Assembly: GCA_031409275.1 (NCBI GenBank)
Contig: JANNXA010000040.1
Coordinates: forward strand, 128,001-192,000
DNA: 64,000 nucleotides
Reading direction: 5' to 3'
Source of the DNA: Planctomycetota bacterium
Lineage (GTDB): Bacteria; Planctomycetota; B15-G4; SIAN01
Shown piece by piece: positions 58,608 to 64,000 of this stretch. Position 1 is the first letter of the stretch. Every line of letters starts with the position of its first letter. Made by a program: the position numbers and the translations under genes. Under the pieces are notes generated by a model. That model ran no database searches and was not told the origin of the DNA. It saw nothing but the letters and a program-made list of their open reading frames with translations.

Positions 58608-58728
58608 CGTCGCACGGCGTCACCGCGCCGCCACACCTGGCGCCGCAGCGGCGCAGGACGCCCCCGGCGACTCCCGGGACCGCGGATTGCTGACGGTGCG
58701 TCGTCCATTCCTCGGAGCGCATGAGACG

Positions 58729-59478
58729 ATGGTTCCACCGCCCGCCCTCGAAGTGCTCGGGGTCGTCGCCGGCGCCGGCAGCGAGCCGGTGCTGCGCGGT
58801 CTCGATCTGACGCTCGCCCCGGGTGAACGGGCGGCGCTGCTCGGCGCGAGCGGCTCGGGCAAATCGACGCTGCTTCGGGTCGTCGCCGGGTTGCTGCGGC
58901 CGCGCGGCGGCACGGTTCGCATCGCCGGGCGCATCGTCGCCGATGGCGAGCACGACGTGCCGCCGGCGCAACGCGGGATCGCCATGGCGTTCCAGAGCTA
59001 CGCGCTCTGGCCCCATCTCCGCGCGCGCGAACAGCTGCGCCTCGTCTCGGGCGACGCCGCGCGCGCCGACCTCTGGCTCGAGCGCGCCCGCATCGCACCG
59101 CTGGCCGATCGGCTGCCCGGCGAGCTTTCCGGCGGCGAGCAGGCGCGCCTCGCGCTGGCGCGCACCTTCGCGAGCGGCGCGACGCTGCTGCTGCTCGACG
59201 AACCGCTGCGCAACCTCGATCCGCCGCTGGCGGCCGACTTGCGCGCCGAGATCGTCGAGTGGATCGTCGCCGCCGGCGCCACGGCGCTGCTGGTGACCCA
59301 CGATCCGCAGGAGGCGCTCGCCATCGCGACTTCGATGCACCTGCTCATCGACGGACGCATCGGCGCGAGCGGCACGCCGGCCGCGCTGCTCGCCAACCCG
59401 CCCGACGAGATCGCGGCGCGCATGCTGGGACTGCGAGCGAACTCTCCGCGCACCGCTCTGACGGAGGCCGCTCGATGA
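58729..59478 (+). CDS. ABC transporter ATP-binding protein
   Basis: GASGSGKS, FQSYALWPH, LSGGEQ, LLLDEP, VTHD. Confidence 0.9.
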   Translation: MVPPPALEVLGVVAGAGSEPVLRGLDLTLAPGERAALLGASGSGKSTLLRVVAGLLRPRGGTVRIAGRIVADGEHDVPPAQRGIAMAFQSYALWPHLRAREQLRLVSGDAARADLWLERARIAPLADRLPGELSGGEQARLALARTFASGATLLLLDEPLRNLDPPLAADLRAEIVEWIVAAGATALLVTHDPQEALAIATSMHLLIDGRIGASGTPAALLANPPDEIAARMLGLRANSPRTALTEAAR

Positions 59479-60545
59479 GGGGCGTGCGACTGCTGCTCGG
59501 TCTGCTGATCGTGGCCGCGTTCGTCAGCGCGCTCGTGCTGTTGCAGGGCGATGAAGCGAAGGCAAGCGACCTCAGCAGCTCGAACTCGTGCCGCGCCTGC
59601 CACACCGAGATCTGGGACGAGTGGGTGAGCTCGTGGCATGCGCAGTCGTTCACCGATCCGCTGGTCCTGGCGAAAGAGCAAAGCAACAACTTCCGCAAGC
59701 AGGAGTGCATCCCCTGCCATGCGCCGGCGCCCGTCTTCGAGTCGGGACTCGGCAAGGAGCGGGTGCTGGAACGGGTGAGCGAGCGCGAGCTCGGTGTCGA
59801 TTGCCTCTCATGCCATCGTGCGTACCAGAGCGTGGTCGGTCCGGCGCCCGCATCGTCGGGCGCCGCGCGCGCCCCATGCGCGCCGATCGCCAACGAATCG
59901 CTCGCGTCGCCCGCGCTGTGCGCTCCGTGCCACAACCAGCACAACACCGTCGATGAATGGGAGGCGAGCAGCTACGCGAAGGCCGGTGTCACCTGCCTCG
60001 ACTGCCACATGCAGCCGGTCGAGCGGCGCCTCGCCGATGGCAGCACGAAGCGCGGGCGCTCGCACCGCTTCCCCGGCGGGCACGACGTGGAGACGTTGCA
60101 CAAGGCCTTCACGCTGCGATCCGAAGTGCGCAGCGCCGCCGATGGCGGGCAAGTGCTCGCCGTCACGCTGACCAACAGCGGCGCCGGCCACAACTTCCCC
60201 GCCGACGCGCGCCACCGTGCGCTCGACCTCGTGGTGACGCTGCTGCAGGAGGATGGCCTCGAGTTGCCGCCGCGCGAATCGAATCGCGGTTACGGCCGCG
60301 AGCGCGGCACGGCGCGCCGCCGCTTCCGCAACCCCTACCGAGAGGAGGTCGAGCGGCTCACCAACAAGGAGCAGTTCGGCCGCGAGAACACGCAGATCAT
60401 CTCCGGCGAGTCCGTGCTCTTCGAAGTCCCCTTCGATCCGGCGGCGGTCGCACGCGCGCGCATCGAACTGATCTACAAGTTGACGCCGATCCAGAACGAT
60501 GACGAAGGAACCCGCATCCATGATCAGGCGCTCGACCTGCGCTGA
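59475..60545 (+). CDS. Multihaem (5 CxxCH) c-type cytochrome
   Basis: CRACH, CIPCH, CLSCH, CAPCH, CLDCH after an N-terminal hydrophobic segment; SH.FPGGH and GAGHNFP motifs. Confidence 0.9.
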   Translation: MRGVRLLLGLLIVAAFVSALVLLQGDEAKASDLSSSNSCRACHTEIWDEWVSSWHAQSFTDPLVLAKEQSNNFRKQECIPCHAPAPVFESGLGKERVLERVSERELGVDCLSCHRAYQSVVGPAPASSGAARAPCAPIANESLASPALCAPCHNQHNTVDEWEASSYAKAGVTCLDCHMQPVERRLADGSTKRGRSHRFPGGHDVETLHKAFTLRSEVRSAADGGQVLAVTLTNSGAGHNFPADARHRALDLVVTLLQEDGLELPPRESNRGYGRERGTARRRFRNPYREEVERLTNKEQFGRENTQIISGESVLFEVPFDPAAVARARIELIYKLTPIQNDDEGTRIHDQALDLR

Positions 60546-62160
60546 AGCCGGCGCCCGGCCGCGCTGGCCGAGCTGGTTCGCCCTCGTCTTCGTGTTCGCG
60601 GCGTGCAGTCGCGACGACGGCAGCGCGGCGTCGCGCGGTCCGCTGTCGGCCCGCGATCCGCGCCCCTTCACACCGTGGCGCCCGATCGACGCGCCTTCGC
60701 CGTTCCCCGACCGCGAGTGGTACTGGCAGGAAGTCTTCGCGACCGCGCCAGCGCCCGAACCGCTGCCCGCCGACCCCGCCGCGGCGAGCGAGATCTCGGC
60801 GACGCTCGAGCGCATCGCTGGGCTGGAACTGCTGCAGTCGGAAGCGGAGTTGCCCGGCCTCGTCGCGCTGGCGCGACGCGACCTCGCGGCGCTGCTGACG
60901 GGGCTCGACGATGCGCGCGGCGAAGTTCGCTTCGCGGTGGCGCGGGTCATGGTCCGGTTGATGGCTTCGCGCTCGCGACCGGAGGGCTGCCCCTTCCCGC
61001 AACGGCTGGTCGCGGCCGCATCCTCGCACCTGCGCGATCGCGCCGATGAGGTCGCGCTGCTCCACCTCGAGACGATCGCCCGCGGCGGCTACGCGTGGAG
61101 CCAGCCGGTGCTGCTGAAGACGTTCGGCAAGCTCGACAACCACCGACTCACGGTGCTGCGCGTGCGCGCGGCAGCGCAACTCGCGCGACAGGGTTGCTAC
61201 GGCGGCGTGCCGCTGCTGATCAAGGCGCTGAGGGAAGGGACTTCGATCCAGGACGACTTGAACCGCGAGTGGGATCCCTCCTTCCAGACGGCGTGGTGGA
61301 AAGAAGAGGCGATGGCCGGCATCGAGGCGGTCGCCGGCGAACGCTTCGGCCACTCCCCTGACGCCTCCGACGCCGATCAAGTCGCCGCCATCCGCCGCAT
61401 CGAAGCGTGGTGGAGCGCGCACGCGATCGAGCGCTGGGCGGCCGCGCCGCCGCTGCTCGACCCTGAACTCGTGGCGCGCGTCCATCTCCTGATCGATTCG
61501 TTCGGCACGTTCCAGCTGCGCAACGTCGACAACGCTGGCTTCCTGCTGAAGGGGCTTGGCCCCGGCGTCGTCCCGATCCTCTTTCAGGCGCTCGATGGCT
61601 CGAGCTTCCGCGTGCGGCGTCACGTGCTGGCGGCGCTGGCCGACCTCGCACCGCTGGTGGCGCCCGAGCTCCGTGAGCGCTGGCTCACCCGCTTCTTGCC
61701 GTTGCTGACGGAAGCGGGCGGCGAGCTACGCGTCTTCGCACTGCAGGCGGTCGGCGCCCTACGCATCGACGCGGCGCTTCCGCACCTGGAAGCCGCGCTG
61801 CGCCCGGAGGACAAGGAGCTCTGCGAGACGGCGCTGCTCCAGATCGCCTCGCAGTCCCCACGACTGGCCCGAGAGGTGCTACAACGCTTCGCGACGAAGC
61901 TGCCCTCCGCGCACCTTCTGACCACACCGCTCCAGGCGGCGAGGTTGCGCGCGGGCGATCTCGAACCGCTGCCCGACTACTTTCGAAAGCTGTCGGGTGA
62001 AGCGGGGCCGGACGCGCGCGCGCAGCTCTACCTCAGCTGGATCGTCGACGTCGACGGTTGGTCCGATGCCAAGAGCGTGGAGGAACGGCGCGCCGCGCTG
62101 CAACGGATCGAAACCGAGATCCGCGCGCGCGCCGCGGCTTCGTCCGGGAGCTCGCCATGA
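60520..62160 (+). CDS. HEAT-repeat lipoprotein
   Basis: VFVFAAC lipobox-like segment; HEAT-like helices. Confidence 0.65.
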   Translation: MIRRSTCAEAGARPRWPSWFALVFVFAACSRDDGSAASRGPLSARDPRPFTPWRPIDAPSPFPDREWYWQEVFATAPAPEPLPADPAAASEISATLERIAGLELLQSEAELPGLVALARRDLAALLTGLDDARGEVRFAVARVMVRLMASRSRPEGCPFPQRLVAAASSHLRDRADEVALLHLETIARGGYAWSQPVLLKTFGKLDNHRLTVLRVRAAAQLARQGCYGGVPLLIKALREGTSIQDDLNREWDPSFQTAWWKEEAMAGIEAVAGERFGHSPDASDADQVAAIRRIEAWWSAHAIERWAAAPPLLDPELVARVHLLIDSFGTFQLRNVDNAGFLLKGLGPGVVPILFQALDGSSFRVRRHVLAALADLAPLVAPELRERWLTRFLPLLTEAGGELRVFALQAVGALRIDAALPHLEAALRPEDKELCETALLQIASQSPRLAREVLQRFATKLPSAHLLTTPLQAARLRAGDLEPLPDYFRKLSGEAGPDARAQLYLSWIVDVDGWSDAKSVEERRAALQRIETEIRARAAASSGSSP

Positions 62161-64000
62161 ACCTCGGACGCTCGCTCTGGGTGGTGCGGATGATCGTCGT
62201 CGGCCTCGTCGCGTCGAGCGGCGTAGAGGCTTCGACGCTGAAGTCGTTGGCGGCCGGGGATGGCAAGGCCACCGCGGGCGGCAACGACAAGCCAACCGGC
62301 GGCTCCGGCAAACCAGCGGGCGGCGGCGGGAAACCGGCGGGCGGCGGCGGCCAGGCCGGCGGCAAGCCCGCGGGCGGCGCTCCGAGTGGCGGCAATCCGA
62401 GTGGCGGCAATCCGAGCGGCGGCAATCCGAGTGGCGGCAAGCCGAGCGGCGGCGCCCCGAGCGGCGGCGCCCCGAACAATGGCGGCGGCAAGCCGAGCGG
62501 CGCCGGCAACGCTGGCAACAGCAACAGCGGTGGCGGCAAGCCAGGCGGCGCGGCGCCGATCAATGGTGGCGGCAAGCCGACCGGTGGCGGTGGCGCTCCG
62601 CCGTCGGCGAATGGCGGACGTCCCGCCACCCCACCGGTGGTGGCGCCTCCGCCGAAGGCCACGCCCCCTCCGACACGTGGCGTCACCCCGCCGCGCACGC
62701 CGGCGAACGATCCCGTTCGACCGGTCGAGCCGCGTCGCAACGGCGGCGGCAATGAACGCGACAACGACTCCGCGCACCGCGCTCGCCCGACGCTCCCCAC
62801 TCCTGCGCCGGCACCGACCCGCACGACGCCGACGCCGCCCCGCAACGAAGGCGAGGCGGCGCGCCGCGGCGGCGGCGCCCCTTCGACCGGGTCGCCGATC
62901 GTGGCCCCGACCCCTTCGCCACGCGACATCCGCGACCCGCGTGACGTCCGCGACGCGCGTGACGTCCGCGACGCGCGCGACCTGCGTGACGAGCGGCGCC
63001 GCGACGCCGATCCTTCCGCCGATCGCGCGGAGCGTCCCGTTGGCAACGACTCCGAAGCGCGCCGTCGTCCCGAGTCGCGCGAGCCGGACGCCCCGGCTGC
63101 CGACGCGCGCGACGCGGCTCGCCGCCGCTCGCAGCTCGAGGTGATGCGCGATCGCCGGCAGAGCGAACGAGGCCGCGACCTCGTGCCGAACCAGCCGAAT
63201 GCGCCGACGGAAACGGCCGCGATCCCCGAGCACTCGCCACGCTTCCAGCCGGTGGTGCGTCGATTGCCGCGCGACACCGTGCCGCCGAATCGCGGCACGC
63301 CTTCGACGACGACGCCCGTCACGAGCCCGCCGGTGACGAACGTGAACGTCGACGTGGAGGTGAACGTCGACACCTCTTCGCACCACTCGCGCCACCATCA
63401 CGACGGCGTGGACGTCGCCTTCTATTTCGGTGACTCCGGCAACCGCCACCCGTGCTGGACCGATCCCTGCGGCATCCGCTACGGCTACGTCTTCTGCGGC
63501 TCGAGCCTCTGGTGGTACCGCTGGTCCCCCCATTGCGAGCCGTGCTTCACGCCCTACTACTACTACTGGTCGCCGAGCTGCTACTGGCTGCCGTCGTACT
63601 ACCCGACCTATGCGACGGTCTATGTCGTCCACGACGACGTGGTCCTGCCTGCTGACGCGAGCAGCGAAGTGACCGTGCCGGCGCCCGGCGTCGACGCCGC
63701 GCAGCGGATGAGCGACGGCTTCGCCGCCTTCGCCGCCGGCAGCTACGGCGATGCGCTCGAATCGTTCCGTCTGGCCGTGCTGGCGCAACCGGACGACCCG
63801 TTCGCGAAACTCGCCATGGCACAAGCGCTCTTCGCCATCGGCAACTACGGCGACGCGGCGTTCCTGCTGCGGCGCGCCGGAGATCTGCTGCCGGACTGGC
63901 CGGTGGTCGGCGAGGACCCGCGCGGACGCTACGGCGATCCGGCCGACCACTTCGAGCAGATGGTGGCGCTGCGCGCCTTCCTCGATCGCATTCCGGGAGA
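62157..64000 (+). CDS. Low-complexity (Gly/Pro/Arg-Asp rich) secreted protein with C-terminal TPR, partial
   Basis: Manual translation from ATG 62157 (MNLGRSLWVV...), apparently open to the window end; ends in TPR ...GSYGDALESFRLAVLAQPDD. Confidence 0.75.
   Translation, partial: MNLGRSLWVVRMIVVGLVASSGVEASTLKSLAAGDGKATAGGNDKPTGGSGKPAGGGGKPAGGGGQAGGKPAGGAPSGGNPSGGNPSGGNPSGGKPSGGAPSGGAPNNGGGKPSGAGNAGNSNSGGGKPGGAAPINGGGKPTGGGGAPPSANGGRPATPPVVAPPPKATPPPTRGVTPPRTPANDPVRPVEPRRNGGGNERDNDSAHRARPTLPTPAPAPTRTTPTPPRNEGEAARRGGGAPSTGSPIVAPTPSPRDIRDPRDVRDARDVRDARDLRDERRRDADPSADRAERPVGNDSEARRRPESREPDAPAADARDAARRRSQLEVMRDRRQSERGRDLVPNQPNAPTETAAIPEHSPRFQPVVRRLPRDTVPPNRGTPSTTTPVTSPPVTNVNVDVEVNVDTSSHHSRHHHDGVDVAFYFGDSGNRHPCWTDPCGIRYGYVFCGSSLWWYRWSPHCEPCFTPYYYYWSPSCYWLPSYYPTYATVYVVHDDVVLPADASSEVTVPAPGVDAAQRMSDGFAAFAAGSYGDALESFRLAVLAQPDDPFAKLAMAQALFAIGNYGDAAFLLRRAGDLLPDWPVVGEDPRGRYGDPADHFEQMVALRAFLDRIPG
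62382..62471 (+). repeat. 15-bp tandem repeat x6 encoding PSGG(N/K/A)
   Basis: CCGAG(T/C)GGCGGC(AAT/AAG/GCC) units. Confidence 0.9.
62922..62993 (+). repeat. 9-bp tandem repeat x8 encoding RDx
   Basis: CG(C/T)GACNNN units: RDI RDP RDV RDA RDV RDA RDL RDE. Confidence 0.85.

Noticed and set aside
62382..62993. Short tandem repeats as a possible CRISPR array
   Set aside because: 9- and 15-bp in-frame coding repeats with no unique spacers and no cas genes

Overview
High-GC bacterial chromosomal window, probably Planctomycetota (inferred mainly from a TPR protein with two RNA-polymerase alpha-CTD domains). Left end: prfA (partial), rpmE, DUF192, Maf, a TPR lipoprotein and an S8 peptidase. About 4.9-19.5 kb is an accessory/defence island with no integrase. 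It holds decayed toxin-antitoxin and ATPase remnants, an intact HEPN / unknown / SecB-like operon (candidate new toxin-antitoxin-chaperone class), and a five-gene BREX-related operon (DUF499 ATPase, stand-alone PglZ-like, DUF1156 methyltransferase, small protein, SNF2 helicase), plus DUF5131 and DUF1801. Next come a lexA-imuA-imuB-dnaE2 mutagenesis cassette with a LexA box and a ~21 kb Wzx/Wzy-type polysaccharide cluster with two gene fusions. The rest is housekeeping and accessory genes: EndoIII-like, rpsP, ffh, murA, ruvA, HEAT/TPR proteins, an orphan ABC ATPase, a pentahaem cytochrome and a low-complexity TPR protein running off the end. All assignments come from motifs read by eye; no searches were run.
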